This document shows, in pieces, positions 54,660 to 64,000 of a stretch of 64,000 bases of DNA. Position numbers and translations under genes: made by a program. The notes under the pieces are model-generated. The model was not told the origin of the DNA. It saw only the letters and a program-made list of their open reading frames with translations, and did not search any database. Within the stretch, counting starts at the first letter, position 1, and each line of letters opens with the position of its first letter. This stretch comes from Escherichia coli phage vB_EcoS_Ace. The stretch lies in the sequence record MT833283.1; one strand, given 5' to 3'.

Positions 54660-56036
54660 TTAAGATGCAGCGTACGCACCAGATACAACGCCATTTTCGA
54701 AGTAACGTTGCAGGTTAACACGCTGAGTAACGTAGTATGCGTCACGCTGTTTGCCAGCTTGGCGCTCACGTTCAACAGTAACAGCACGCTGACGCGGCAT
54801 TACGAAGTTATCTTTATAAACAATAACTGCGAATTCAGCGGAAGCAGCTTTAGCTGGGAAGTACTCAGAAACTACAACTGGCAGACCATAAATACGACCA
54901 ACCTGACCCTGCAGTTTAACAGCATCATTACCAACCTGGGCAACATCCTGCCATTCTTCATCTTCCAGCAGATCGTAGTAAGCATCCATAGATACGATCA
55001 GTACCAGTTTGCTCAGTTTCAGACCATGACGGCCCAGTTTACGACGTAGCTTGGAGATAGTCTTAGCAGTTACCAGAACAGAACCGTCAGCTTTAGCTTC
55101 GGTAACAACCTTAGCACCATCATCAGCAGCTAGTTTCAGCAGACCCTTAGGCTGACCAGTACCATTACCGGACATGAAAGCTTCTTCGATAGAAACAGCG
55201 TGTGCTTCGATCAGACGCTTACGCAGCAGAGGCAGCAGGGAGAAGATTGCATCTTCTTCAGTTTCATCAGTGATGAAGGACTTAGCAGCCAGCTTGTAAG
55301 TTTTGAAGCTGATTTCAGTCAGTTGACCTTTAACTTCGTCACCAACAGTTTCGTCAGTACCGAATTTGGAAGCATCTACCCAAGTAGCACGACCAGCTTC
55401 TGGTTCAACGAGCATTGTAAGGATTTTGCTGGACATTGGCAGTTCATCGAACAGTGCACCAACTACCAGTTCCTTCTGCAGGTCACGGATAATACGGGTA
55501 GAGAAGATAGTTTCGTATGCTTCGCTAGACATGGAAACGGAAGAAGAACCGTTAACAGCTTTAACGTGAGCCTTACCGTGTTCAGTTTCGAATACGTCCT
55601 TCTCCATCATATAAGACAGAAGAACCAGTTTCTCAACTTCATCTTCGAAAGCATCCTGAGTGCCATAAAGAGCTTTAGCTACGCTATCACCAACGAAGGA
55701 ACGACCTTCACGAGCTGCCAACAGAGACTTAATTTCGTCCTGAAGACCAACGATAGTTTCCTGTTGCTTTTCTACAGTCTGTGCAAACAGTTCTGCGCTC
55801 TTCTTAGACTTCTCGTCCAGGTTCTTAACTAGATCCAGAGCTTCTTCCAGACGCTTACGGTCTTCACCAACAGCTTTAGATACTAGGTCGTTCATACGAG
55901 CCAGTTCTTTTTCTTCCTGCTCTTCACGCAGACGCTTAGCTTCCGCAGCTTTCTGAGCAGCAGTCAGACCTTCCAGAGATTTAGCCAGATCACCCAGACC
56001 AAGTTCTTCCTTCAGCTTATTAATATCAATAGTCAT
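54660..56036 (-). CDS. Major capsid protein precursor (pb8-like, HK97 fold with N-terminal scaffolding domain)
   Basis: 458 aa (the length recalled for T5 pb8 precursor); ~160-aa coiled-coil N-terminus then HK97-type body; host-like codon usage. Confidence 0.85.
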   Translation of the reverse strand: MTIDINKLKEELGLGDLAKSLEGLTAAQKAAEAKRLREEQEEKELARMNDLVSKAVGEDRKRLEEALDLVKNLDEKSKKSAELFAQTVEKQQETIVGLQDEIKSLLAAREGRSFVGDSVAKALYGTQDAFEDEVEKLVLLSYMMEKDVFETEHGKAHVKAVNGSSSVSMSSEAYETIFSTRIIRDLQKELVVGALFDELPMSSKILTMLVEPEAGRATWVDASKFGTDETVGDEVKGQLTEISFKTYKLAAKSFITDETEEDAIFSLLPLLRKRLIEAHAVSIEEAFMSGNGTGQPKGLLKLAADDGAKVVTEAKADGSVLVTAKTISKLRRKLGRHGLKLSKLVLIVSMDAYYDLLEDEEWQDVAQVGNDAVKLQGQVGRIYGLPVVVSEYFPAKAASAEFAVIVYKDNFVMPRQRAVTVERERQAGKQRDAYYVTQRVNLQRYFENGVVSGAYAAS

Positions 56037-56053
56037 TTTTAAATAATTCTCCG

Positions 56054-56686
56054 TTATTCTTTAACGTAGCCTAAAGCTATCGCAAGTTTTTCTAGTTCAG
56101 AAAGATTACGTTCTTGAGCTGGGACAGCCTTAGAACTTGTTGCAGTAAAAGATTTGCGCCATTCAGTGTAATCGTGGCCATTCATACTCTTAGCGAGGTT
56201 GAACGTTGAGTCCTGATTACAAGGTACAGAAACTACCGAGACTTCGTATAGTTCTAAATCTTTAATAATAAATATGTCAGTAGCTTCATCCCATTCTGCG
56301 TCTAGGCAGCGGAATCCGATACTGAAGGTTTTCAGTACACCGTTTTTAATTAGTGAAAAGATAGCTGGATCAGAACTTTCATAAATCTCGCATTCAATTT
56401 CGAGACCCATTTCAGTAGGATTAAGATCAATACACTTGCCGATTGGACGACGATGGTCGTGGCCGAAAAGAATAATAGGATTTTTCATGTAGTTAGCAAG
56501 TGCATTGGACGTTTTCCATGCCGAAGCAGGAATTACGTCACCAGCGCGATCTTTACTAATTGTATTAGCGAATCCACGGATTTTTACAACACCCTCTTTG
56601 GATTCGCTATCAATAGACTTAATGTAAGCGTCTAAATGAACCGGTGCTGATTTTAACTTGTTATAGTCAATAGCAGCATTTGTCAT
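56054..56686 (-). CDS. Prohead protease (pb11-like)
   Basis: 210 aa, immediately upstream of the capsid gene; His/Ser-containing blocks (ILFGHDHRRPIG). Confidence 0.7.
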   Translation of the reverse strand: MTNAAIDYNKLKSAPVHLDAYIKSIDSESKEGVVKIRGFANTISKDRAGDVIPASAWKTSNALANYMKNPIILFGHDHRRPIGKCIDLNPTEMGLEIECEIYESSDPAIFSLIKNGVLKTFSIGFRCLDAEWDEATDIFIIKDLELYEVSVVSVPCNQDSTFNLAKSMNGHDYTEWRKSFTATSSKAVPAQERNLSELEKLAIALGYVKE

Positions 56687-56689
56687 TTA

Positions 56690-57172
56690 TTAAGCCTCCG
56701 GCGCAGGGTTGATAGTTGTTACACACTCGTTAGAAGTAATAGAAGTAGATTTACTATCCGTTACAACAACTTTGTAAGTACCAGCATCTTCTGCAGCAGC
56801 TGTAGCTTTGTTGAAATTAGGGCCAGTAACACCACTTAGTGGAGAACCGTCCTTAGTCCAAGCATAAGTATATGGTGCAGTACCACCAGTAACTGTTACG
56901 CCCAGATTAATTGCTGCACCAGTATCAACAGCTAGAGTTTTAGCCAGATTCTTCGTGAAAGCTAGAGCCGGAACAACCGGAACAGTAACTTCGTATGCTT
57001 CTTTGAACTTATTCCAAACCTTGCGGTTGGTATGTGCAGTGGTCATTCCAAACTCTTTACGTAGAGTAGCGTAGTTTGGAACGAACTTGTGTGCTGCAAC
57101 CGTAGCAAAGAAGATATGAGATTCTGGCAGCTTTTCACCAAAAATGGCCTTTAGACCATCATAATCAATCAT
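56690..57172 (-). CDS. Capsid decoration protein (pb10-like) with Ig-like domain
   Basis: 160 aa; C-terminal Ig-like pattern (GVTVTGGTAPYTYAWTKDGSPL..AGTYKVVVTD). Confidence 0.6.
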   Translation of the reverse strand: MIDYDGLKAIFGEKLPESHIFFATVAAHKFVPNYATLRKEFGMTTAHTNRKVWNKFKEAYEVTVPVVPALAFTKNLAKTLAVDTGAAINLGVTVTGGTAPYTYAWTKDGSPLSGVTGPNFNKATAAAEDAGTYKVVVTDSKSTSITSNECVTTINPAPEA

Positions 57173-58386
57173 TCTTTATCCCCATCGGTAGTGCCTTGCG
57201 GTCTACCACCTTCTTGACCAGATATACCTGTTGCAGAACCAGCAACGTTAGCAGGAATACGAATCTTATTCATCTGCTCATCATCTAAAGGTTCAAGGTT
57301 AAGCTCTTCACGAGCTTCGTTACCAGTCATGATACCGTTATTAACCAAAGAGGTTAAATGTTTAGCCTCAGCTTCTTTATCTGGCGTCAGTGCAGCTACT
57401 TCCTTAGTATTAGGAGTAACCTTGTAGCCAAAGAAGAAAGTAAGAGAACTAGTCAGCTTGTTCAGCATAGGAATGATAGTCATGTAATAGAACAATTCGA
57501 TGTTTGGTCGAATGTTAGCATTATTACCACCATCAAGTAACACTTGCGGAACACCAAAGGCAAGACAGATGGATTTATTAAATCCTTCGATATCTTCCTT
57601 GAAGTCTAGATCTTTAAAAGAGGATATTTGGGAGTACGGTTTTGCTTTCATACCACCATCTAGAATAAGGACAGTAGACTGACCCGTACTAGGATTATAA
57701 TCGAGTTGTAATTCTTCTTGTTTACGCTCACGCAATTTCTTGTTCAGGATTTCATCCGTCTCAAGAATAAGACCAATCACTGTGCCGTTATCGAGGAACT
57801 TCTCTTTAAAGTTAAGCATTTTAGAACGCTTCTCAAGAGAGTCAATAACTGTAGCAACACGAGATTGTCCAGAAATTTGGGAGTTTGTGCCACACACGTA
57901 ACTGTTATCCTTTATAAAGATAATCTCATCTACGCGATAGTCTATCTGGTTATTAAATATGAATTTTTTGATAAACTTATTGGCATCTGCCTCTACTTGC
58001 ATTAGTGCAGCAGGGACATGGTAAAGTGCTGTGCCATCCCAATAGATGTATGCACAACCCTCAAAAAGTAGGTCAGTGACTACAAGTCTACGGAATGTGC
58101 TTATATCCATGAATGGATTAGGTCGTACATTTAAGAGAGTGTCTAGAGTCTTTGCCTTGACGCCATTAGCGTACGTGACAATATTATATTTATCTCCGAC
58201 AGTATAAGAACACTCCGCCGCACTATCGATAACCATGTTAGCAGTTCGGTTGAGAATCTCAATCTTACTGTAGGCTTGTCCAGTGGTAAATGGCTTACGG
58301 TTAGTGCGATGACTAACTGGTTCCATGTCTCTTATAATACGTTGACCCGGATTTAGCTTTTCAGTAATCCAGCTTTTTAAACCCAT
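57169..58386 (-). CDS. Portal protein (pb7-like)
   Basis: 405 aa, between the terminase/HNH and decoration/protease genes; acidic Gly-rich C-terminus. Confidence 0.7.
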   Translation of the reverse strand: MGLKSWITEKLNPGQRIIRDMEPVSHRTNRKPFTTGQAYSKIEILNRTANMVIDSAAECSYTVGDKYNIVTYANGVKAKTLDTLLNVRPNPFMDISTFRRLVVTDLLFEGCAYIYWDGTALYHVPAALMQVEADANKFIKKFIFNNQIDYRVDEIIFIKDNSYVCGTNSQISGQSRVATVIDSLEKRSKMLNFKEKFLDNGTVIGLILETDEILNKKLRERKQEELQLDYNPSTGQSTVLILDGGMKAKPYSQISSFKDLDFKEDIEGFNKSICLAFGVPQVLLDGGNNANIRPNIELFYYMTIIPMLNKLTSSLTFFFGYKVTPNTKEVAALTPDKEAEAKHLTSLVNNGIMTGNEAREELNLEPLDDEQMNKIRIPANVAGSATGISGQEGGRPQGTTDGDKE

Positions 58387-58910
58387 TATAAGAACCTTGC
58401 GAATCCTGATTTAGTTTCAGTCTTGACTTGTGTCTTTTCTTGAGGATTCTGTAGCTTTTCCTTTTGTTTAAGAACCCATGCCTTCTGCTTATTAGCAGAG
58501 AAAAGGGGAGGTTCTTTAGTGTACACCTTATGTAATAGTTGGTGATGGTGGACACAAAGGGTAACAGTGTCATCTACTAGCTCATGCCTATATCTTTCAT
58601 AGAATGCCGTCCTATTTGAGAGGACTGTTTCTTCGTCAGTGAAATCCAATTGGAGTTCTTTAGCAAATTTTTTAACTAGTAGAGACACTGTATGGTAATG
58701 ATGAAGCTCTAATTCTTCACCACAACCACAGATTTCGCAGCGATCGGCTTTTTTATATTGACTTTTTATACCGTCTCGCATGAGTGATATAGCATCACGT
58801 TTATATTTTACATTTCCTGCCACAGTATTCTCCTCAACTGTATGAATATAGTATACATAATCATGTCGAATTTGTAAAGGGGATTTTAAAATGCAGGAAT
58901 GGGATACCAA
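58386..58910 (-). CDS. HNH endonuclease
   Basis: 174 aa; CEICGCGEELELHHYH ... CVHHHQLLH (Cys pairs with HH/H-N-H spacing). Confidence 0.7.
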   Translation of the reverse strand: MVSHSCILKSPLQIRHDYVYYIHTVEENTVAGNVKYKRDAISLMRDGIKSQYKKADRCEICGCGEELELHHYHTVSLLVKKFAKELQLDFTDEETVLSNRTAFYERYRHELVDDTVTLCVHHHQLLHKVYTKEPPLFSANKQKAWVLKQKEKLQNPQEKTQVKTETKSGFARFL

Positions 58911-58937
58911 CTGAGTAGTATCCCATCCTATACTTAT

Positions 58938-60254
58938 TTATTTCCCACGGGAAATTGAGTAAATTCCATAACGCAGTGCGTCACAAAGGTGAGAGTTCGC
59001 ATCATGACGTGGTTTTTCACGTGATAATTTCTCTTCGCCCTCCTGGAAGTCCCACTTGTAGTTCGCTAGGGCGTGGATCAATGAGGTACATGAAGCATCT
59101 ACGATGATCTTACCTTGCTGGAACAGTGCTTGTAGGCATGCCAGACCATCTAGGACAGATTTCTTAGCAGGAGCAGAAGCGATTTCATGTTCATATGCCA
59201 AGTCCTGACGGAACTGAGCAGCAGCGGAGTCTACAAATATACGATCAACGTTATAACGATCTATACAGTGCTGTATGTAAGCAGCGTGTTGAGCTGTAGT
59301 CTTTTCAGCCTGCTGATACTCTTCTAGTACGTAATAAACATCAGTATCATAGTGATACTTGATAGTAAGAACTGCTGTAGGGTCACGATAACCAACGTCG
59401 ATACCAAGTAATGTTTCGAAAGCCTCATCATCTTTAAAGAAGTGACGCATACCTTTGAGGTCTTTAACGTGCTCGATAGCATTGAAGGTATCAAAGATCT
59501 GACCTTCGAATACGGAGAAGTCAGCCTCATATTCTTGACGGAAATAGTTTTTACTAACAGTACGACGCGCTTCTTCGATATCGTTCAGGTCAGCACGTGG
59601 GTTATCCCGATAGGTACCATGAATAGATACCCAGTTAGGCAGCGTCTCATTAAATCCTTTCTCATAGAACTCTTTGAACCAGTTACCACCACGAGGTGTG
59701 GAAATAAACAGAGCCTTAGAGTTTGGCTTATCTAGGGTAGGACGTAGCTGAATATCGAAAGCTGCACCACCAACATCGGAAATCGCTGCTTCGTCAAAGA
59801 TGATGAAGTCATACGAACGACCAACCGCGGAGTCAGCCTGCGCCGCAGAAGCCAGCTTAAAGAGAGAACCATTCGCTAGTTCAATCTCTTTATCTTTTGC
59901 GTTCTCACGTTCAGTCTGTAACCCATACTTCTTAATAAGACCACGAATCTGTGACCAACCTATGTTAGCCAGTGAGTAGTTAGGTGCAACTACTAGCACC
60001 TTTACATTAGGCTCCAGAAGTTTTAGGAACCCAAGTGTATATGCGATGAATGACTTACCTACACGACGTGATACACATGCAGTCACGAAGCGGTGTCTTG
60101 GGTCTTCCAGCGCATTAATGATTGCAATCTGAGGGGCATTAGGTGTAATCCCCTCTTGAGCTAGAATGTTAGAGACTGGCAGACGGAAGAATCGTTTGTC
60201 AATACCAAAGTCAATAACATCTGTGGTGTTAATATAGTCTCTAGAGACTTTCAT
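58938..60254 (-). CDS. Terminase large subunit
   Basis: 438 aa; Walker A-like VSRRVGKSF, Walker B IIFDEAA, C-terminal RNase H-like nuclease fold with acidic residues. Confidence 0.8.
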   Translation of the reverse strand: MKVSRDYINTTDVIDFGIDKRFFRLPVSNILAQEGITPNAPQIAIINALEDPRHRFVTACVSRRVGKSFIAYTLGFLKLLEPNVKVLVVAPNYSLANIGWSQIRGLIKKYGLQTERENAKDKEIELANGSLFKLASAAQADSAVGRSYDFIIFDEAAISDVGGAAFDIQLRPTLDKPNSKALFISTPRGGNWFKEFYEKGFNETLPNWVSIHGTYRDNPRADLNDIEEARRTVSKNYFRQEYEADFSVFEGQIFDTFNAIEHVKDLKGMRHFFKDDEAFETLLGIDVGYRDPTAVLTIKYHYDTDVYYVLEEYQQAEKTTAQHAAYIQHCIDRYNVDRIFVDSAAAQFRQDLAYEHEIASAPAKKSVLDGLACLQALFQQGKIIVDASCTSLIHALANYKWDFQEGEEKLSREKPRHDANSHLCDALRYGIYSISRGK

Positions 60255-60736
60255 TATCTCTTACCTCCTCCTGCTAGAGCGGTAATAAGATTCATATAGT
60301 TTTCGTCACCACTTCCAGCAATAATATTATTCTGAATATTAGTCTGGTTAGCCGGAGTACGGGCTGCTGCCTTCACTTTCTCCAGTTCTACCATCATTTT
60401 CATTTCTTCCATCTTCATCTTGTGCGCCTTCCAGAGAATATCCATGATATCCTGGTCAGAACCCATGCCAGTTTCTTCAAGTTCTTCCAGCTTACGCTTG
60501 ATAACTTCATCAAGAACTCCGAATAAACGGTCACGATTACGGAAGCCACTTTCCATAAATATATCGTTGAGATAGTTTTTAACTTCTCCACGATTCATTA
60601 TATCACGAAATGCAATCTCAGACATACCAAGACTACGAGCAGCGGCAGGAACATCACTACCACACTGTAAATAGGCTTCAATAACATCCATGCCTTCGGG
60701 AGACATGAGATCGGGAACTAATACATCATTTGCCAT
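60254..60736 (-). CDS. Terminase small subunit candidate
   Basis: 160 aa, directly upstream of the large subunit with overlapping stop/start; HTH-like segment [17 protein letters not shown]. Confidence 0.5.
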   Translation of the reverse strand: MANDVLVPDLMSPEGMDVIEAYLQCGSDVPAAARSLGMSEIAFRDIMNRGEVKNYLNDIFMESGFRNRDRLFGVLDEVIKRKLEELEETGMGSDQDIMDILWKAHKMKMEEMKMMVELEKVKAAARTPANQTNIQNNIIAGSGDENYMNLITALAGGGKR

Positions 60737-60746
60737 ATATCCTCCT

Positions 60747-62528
60747 TTAGGTTAGGCGTTGAACTGTTACACGTAGTCTTGGTAAGAAGATAGCAGCTGC
60801 TTCTGCAGCATGGATAATAACACCCAACTCAACGTTGCCATTACCAAGGTTTTTAATAGTATAAATATAACCATTCCTTCTAAAAATCATACTATCTGGT
60901 CGGCTCGCCCATTCCTGTGTATAACTATATGCTGTAGTACTATGATATGGTACTAGATATCCTGGAGGCAATGTTAGTATTTGATGAAATATACCATCAC
61001 CAGCAGTATAACTTTGTTGCCGTCTACCTTGTACCTGCCAAGCACTACCTCCGTAAGTACGCACAGGCATTCCAGCAGTATTAATATTACCCATAATAAC
61101 TTCAGTGGTTAGTATAATAGTAGAATGAGCATTAGGCAGACCCAACCATACAGTAGCTAAAGGCTGATAATAGTTGCCTGCCGCTGGGTAAGATGGATTT
61201 ATATCATCCCCAACATAAGTACTAGCAACGTTACCAGGGAATAATCGTAGTGGAACTGTAGAGGGACTCCAAACTGGACCATGTTCATTTCCTATGGAAT
61301 TACTATTAGTATCTACATACCATTGTTTACCTGCACCAAACTTATATAAACTAATCTGAGAGGCAGCACCCCCATAGTTAACTGGAGACCATAATCCACC
61401 ATTGCTAGAGCCAATGAATTCACATCGCGCAGTAGTATCCCCAAAAACCCCAGTATACGCAGCATTATTACCTATATATTCCATATCTGAACGATAACCT
61501 AGATTACCAAAGGCATTCTGATTAATAAATTTATAACCAGAGTTAGGTAAACTTACCCCTTTAATAGTAAAGTTAGATGGAGAGATAAGGATATCAGAAC
61601 CAGTAAATGGATTACCAGAAACCACCATATTACCATTAGAGTAACGTAGGTTTAAAACATACCAGATAACCTTAGTAGGTGTAATATTATACCAGTCCTG
61701 AATATAAACAGTGTTAACAGACTGAGAACCCATATTACTAGCCGAACCTCTACAGGTATATAGATAAGGAAAAGTAGGGGAGGAATAGATATGATTTACA
61801 TTTGCCGGTATTTCTTTTTTCTTACCTATATAGCTGCGAATATTTGAGTTACATACGTAGAAATGATCATGACCTCTACCGGCAGAACCAATAGGTGCCT
61901 GCCAGTTAGGATCCCAATAGTTTAAATCTCCGGCATTTATAGGTACATTAATAGTTCCTCTAGGAAATCCAAGCATTTCATATGCTCTGGCAACCGCTTC
62001 CCCTACCGGAACACCCCCAGGTCTCACTATACCCACATCTGATGATTGTATAATTGTTCCGCCAGTACCTTGTCTGGCTATAGACTCTTCATGTCCTAAT
62101 CCACTATTATAAATATAAGTACCGTGTGCTAGGCTATCGCCGATTGCAAAAGCAGAACTTAAGCCTACTTGAGCGAATGCTCTAAAACCTGGATCCTCCG
62201 CAAGAGTTAAATAGCTACCAACCTGAGATTGAGTACCATTGAGGAATCCTCTATGGGTACCATTAATCTCAATAGCAGTTAATATAACTCTACCCGGATC
62301 ATTGGATTTAATATTTATAATATCCCAAGGCATCTGAGTAACAAAGTATCCATTACCTGCATTACCTAGAGCCGCTTCATAAGTCCCATCAACCAGGACG
62401 AAAGGCATATCTGAGTGAAAGATACTATTAGTATTTGGAGAGTAGTGTTCACCAGTATCACCACCATTAGCAGCGTTTAGCGATAATACAGTTTTACCAT
62501 CACTAAATTTTCCTGCGAAAAAACTCAT
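60747..62528 (-). CDS. Receptor-binding tail protein candidate (pb5-like)
   Basis: 593 aa, Gly/Asn/Tyr-rich beta-type protein, divergently adjacent to the llp-like lipoprotein gene as in T5 (oad-llp); by position and composition only. Confidence 0.5.
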   Translation of the reverse strand: MSFFAGKFSDGKTVLSLNAANGGDTGEHYSPNTNSIFHSDMPFVLVDGTYEAALGNAGNGYFVTQMPWDIINIKSNDPGRVILTAIEINGTHRGFLNGTQSQVGSYLTLAEDPGFRAFAQVGLSSAFAIGDSLAHGTYIYNSGLGHEESIARQGTGGTIIQSSDVGIVRPGGVPVGEAVARAYEMLGFPRGTINVPINAGDLNYWDPNWQAPIGSAGRGHDHFYVCNSNIRSYIGKKKEIPANVNHIYSSPTFPYLYTCRGSASNMGSQSVNTVYIQDWYNITPTKVIWYVLNLRYSNGNMVVSGNPFTGSDILISPSNFTIKGVSLPNSGYKFINQNAFGNLGYRSDMEYIGNNAAYTGVFGDTTARCEFIGSSNGGLWSPVNYGGAASQISLYKFGAGKQWYVDTNSNSIGNEHGPVWSPSTVPLRLFPGNVASTYVGDDINPSYPAAGNYYQPLATVWLGLPNAHSTIILTTEVIMGNINTAGMPVRTYGGSAWQVQGRRQQSYTAGDGIFHQILTLPPGYLVPYHSTTAYSYTQEWASRPDSMIFRRNGYIYTIKNLGNGNVELGVIIHAAEAAAIFLPRLRVTVQRLT

Positions 62529-62552
62529 ACAATCTCCTTCTTTAAAAATGTA

Positions 62553-62581
62553 TTTGCTTAGATCCCTCTATTTTGCTATAA
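62553..62581 (+). promoter_or_regulatory. Early promoter TTGCTT-N17-TATAAT upstream of llp
   Basis: Read directly; followed by ATAAATTAAACAGAGGAAC leader and ATG at 62612. Confidence 0.55.
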
Positions 62582-62611
62582 TATATTTATAAATTAAACA
62601 GAGGAACGATT

Positions 62612-62878
62612 ATGAAAAAGTTACTAGCTATCGTAGTTGCAGCAGTAGTGTTGACGGGTTGTGTACCAGCTCCCGAGCCATTTTGTAAGGCATATGTGAA
62701 GTCTTATGGTCATGTTGGTGAAGAACACTATGCTTTAGATATTCGAGAAGCACGTACTGTGGGCTACCGATTCCCTAAAACTCAGTTACGCACTAAGTTT
62801 GGGTGGTGGGATTTGTCACAGTTTGATCTCAAATATGGCGATTGCAAATTTAAACTAGAACAATCTGGTCACTTGTAA
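62612..62878 (+). CDS. llp: Lytic-conversion lipoprotein (Llp-like)
   Basis: 88 aa; signal peptide with lipobox (MKKLLAIVVAAVVLTGC), small mature domain with two more Cys; divergent from the pb5-like gene. Confidence 0.65.
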   Translation: MKKLLAIVVAAVVLTGCVPAPEPFCKAYVKSYGHVGEEHYALDIREARTVGYRFPKTQLRTKFGWWDLSQFDLKYGDCKFKLEQSGHL

Positions 62879-62952
62879 TTAGTATAAAGTAAAAAGATCT
62901 CGAAGTAAACAAAAATTTTTATTTCTGGGATGAGGTACAGGTAGCAAACACA

Positions 62953-63267
62953 ATGCAAGATGAAGAAAAGTCCTTTCAGGAACCTGTTAACTTTGAAATA
63001 GATCCCAGGACTAAAGCAATACATGATGCAATTAACGAAATCATTCAAGACGTCATAGAAGATACAATAGAAGACGTGATGGGAACATCCTTCTTAATAG
63101 AAGAATCCGGCTTCGATGAAGTAATGGATCTTATCGGGACAGTCATAATGGTTCGTGCAATTGCTAGGATATTCCAAATACCAGGACTACAGGAGAAGCA
63201 AAGAGATGTCAGACGACAACAGAAGAAAGAACAGACGCGGGGAAGTGTACGAAAGTTGGATAAATAG
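62953..63267 (+). CDS. Hypothetical protein (104 aa)
   Basis: Acidic N-terminal half, basic C-terminus. Confidence 0.4.
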   Translation: MQDEEKSFQEPVNFEIDPRTKAIHDAINEIIQDVIEDTIEDVMGTSFLIEESGFDEVMDLIGTVIMVRAIARIFQIPGLQEKQRDVRRQQKKEQTRGSVRKLDK

Positions 63268-63443
63268 TTTCGGATTCGGGACTGTGTTATTCTTTATCTT
63301 TGTACTCTTTTGGTTAGCAGCTATGGCGGGGTGGTTATAATGGAAGTAGTAATTATTGCTTTACTAGTTGTGGTAATTATCGGACAGTGCATTCTAGATA
63401 ACCACTTAGCTCGTATAGAACGTAAGCTGCGGGGAGACAAATA

Positions 63444-63638
63444 ATGGATTGGCTAGGACTTATTACACTTGTAGTATGGCTTGTCTGGATTGTTGGATAT
63501 ATGACGTCACATCGTAATCGTATACAGCGGCTAGAGGATAAAGTCGCCCAACTGAATATTAATATGGATAAGTTACTGGACTCCCAACGTAATGATCGGG
63601 CACGTATTCACCAACTTGAGAGGGAATTAGATGTTTAG
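63444..63638 (+). CDS. Hypothetical small membrane protein (64 aa)
   Basis: N-terminal hydrophobic helix (LGLITLVVWLVWIVGYM) then charged coiled tail. Confidence 0.4.
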   Translation: MDWLGLITLVVWLVWIVGYMTSHRNRIQRLEDKVAQLNINMDKLLDSQRNDRARIHQLERELDV

Positions 63639-63876
63639 CTTTGTAGCTATCTTTATTATCTGGGTGCTTGCGGGAATCTTCGGAACACTCGGGGCGATTA
63701 ATAAGCATCGTGAATATATTGCGGGAGTATCGCGGGAGCTTTCGGAAAGGGAGCGGAAGTTTGCGGAGAAACGGGAGGAGTTTGAGCGAGAGTGGTCGGA
63801 TGGATCTCGGGCATCGCGGAGGAGATTTCGTATGTCAGAATCAGGAGACAAGCCGGTAGACCGGTGTTCCTCCTAA
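63631..63876 (+). CDS. Hypothetical small membrane protein (81 aa)
   Basis: N-terminal hydrophobic helix then Arg/Glu-rich tail (ERERKFAEKREEFEREW). Confidence 0.4.
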   Translation: MFSFVAIFIIWVLAGIFGTLGAINKHREYIAGVSRELSERERKFAEKREEFEREWSDGSRASRRRFRMSESGDKPVDRCSS

Positions 63877-64000
63877 GTTAGCGCTAATTACCAATTCTCG
63901 AAATCTCATAAGATTACACATGAAGGTGTGCCCAGAGGTTCCCTAGATGAGAATGAGTCTCATTACCGCCCCGGTACTTAGCAAGCTAATAGTCACACCA

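Noticed and set aside
55200-55832. 210-aa plus-strand ORF (and others at 54708-55049, 55366-55569) antisense to the major capsid gene
   Set aside because: Lies entirely inside a strongly codon-biased minus-strand gene with clear HK97-type features; no RBS; Ser/Phe/Leu-rich composition typical of antisense frames
1-64000. Search for integrase, repressor, transposase or IS elements
   Set aside because: No tyrosine/serine recombinase or DDE transposase signatures seen; gene content is that of a strictly virulent T5-like phage

Overview
This window is a 64-kb stretch of a T5-like (Tequintavirus-type) virulent siphophage genome. The anchor is a near-verbatim copy of the phage T5 PN25 early promoter and leader at about 16651-16725, supported by T5-like gene content and protein lengths (855-aa family A DNA polymerase, 291-aa flap endonuclease, split NAD-dependent ligase, 458-aa capsid precursor, 949-aa pb3-like hub, Llp lipoprotein). 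Layout: (i) 1-7955, minus strand, nucleotide-metabolism operons (RNase H, HslV-like hydrolase, ThyA, DHFR, NrdB, NrdA, PhoH); (ii) 8299-34931, plus strand, early genes (NrdD, a Sir2-like/HAD-like/small-protein accessory cluster, origin-binding-like ATPase, regulators, split ligase, DnaB-like helicase, primase, DNA polymerase, SF2 helicase, SbcCD-like nuclease, Hjc-like resolvase, FEN, dUTPase); (iii) 34969-62528, minus strand, late structural and packaging genes (two L-shaped tail-fibre proteins, collar, pb4, pb3, Dit, tape measure, chaperones, tail tube, connector proteins, capsid, protease, decoration, portal, HNH endonuclease, terminase, pb5-like receptor-binding protein); (iv) 62612-63876, plus strand, llp lipoprotein and small early genes. 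Early transcription units are punctuated by a recurring TTGCTT-N17-TATAAT promoter with a conserved leader, and by hairpin plus T-run terminators. No tRNA, CRISPR array, integrase or transposon was found. The most interesting candidate for an undescribed system is the Sir2-like accessory cluster at 10215-13086; other leads are a repeated HTH-module protein family, a ~600-bp structured non-coding leader, a palindrome-embedded promoter and a duplicated terminator/initiation element in the late operon. CDS coordinates follow the supplied ORF track (stop included); coordinates of short motifs are hand-read and may be off by 1-2 nt. All functional calls are from motif recognition by eye, not database searches.
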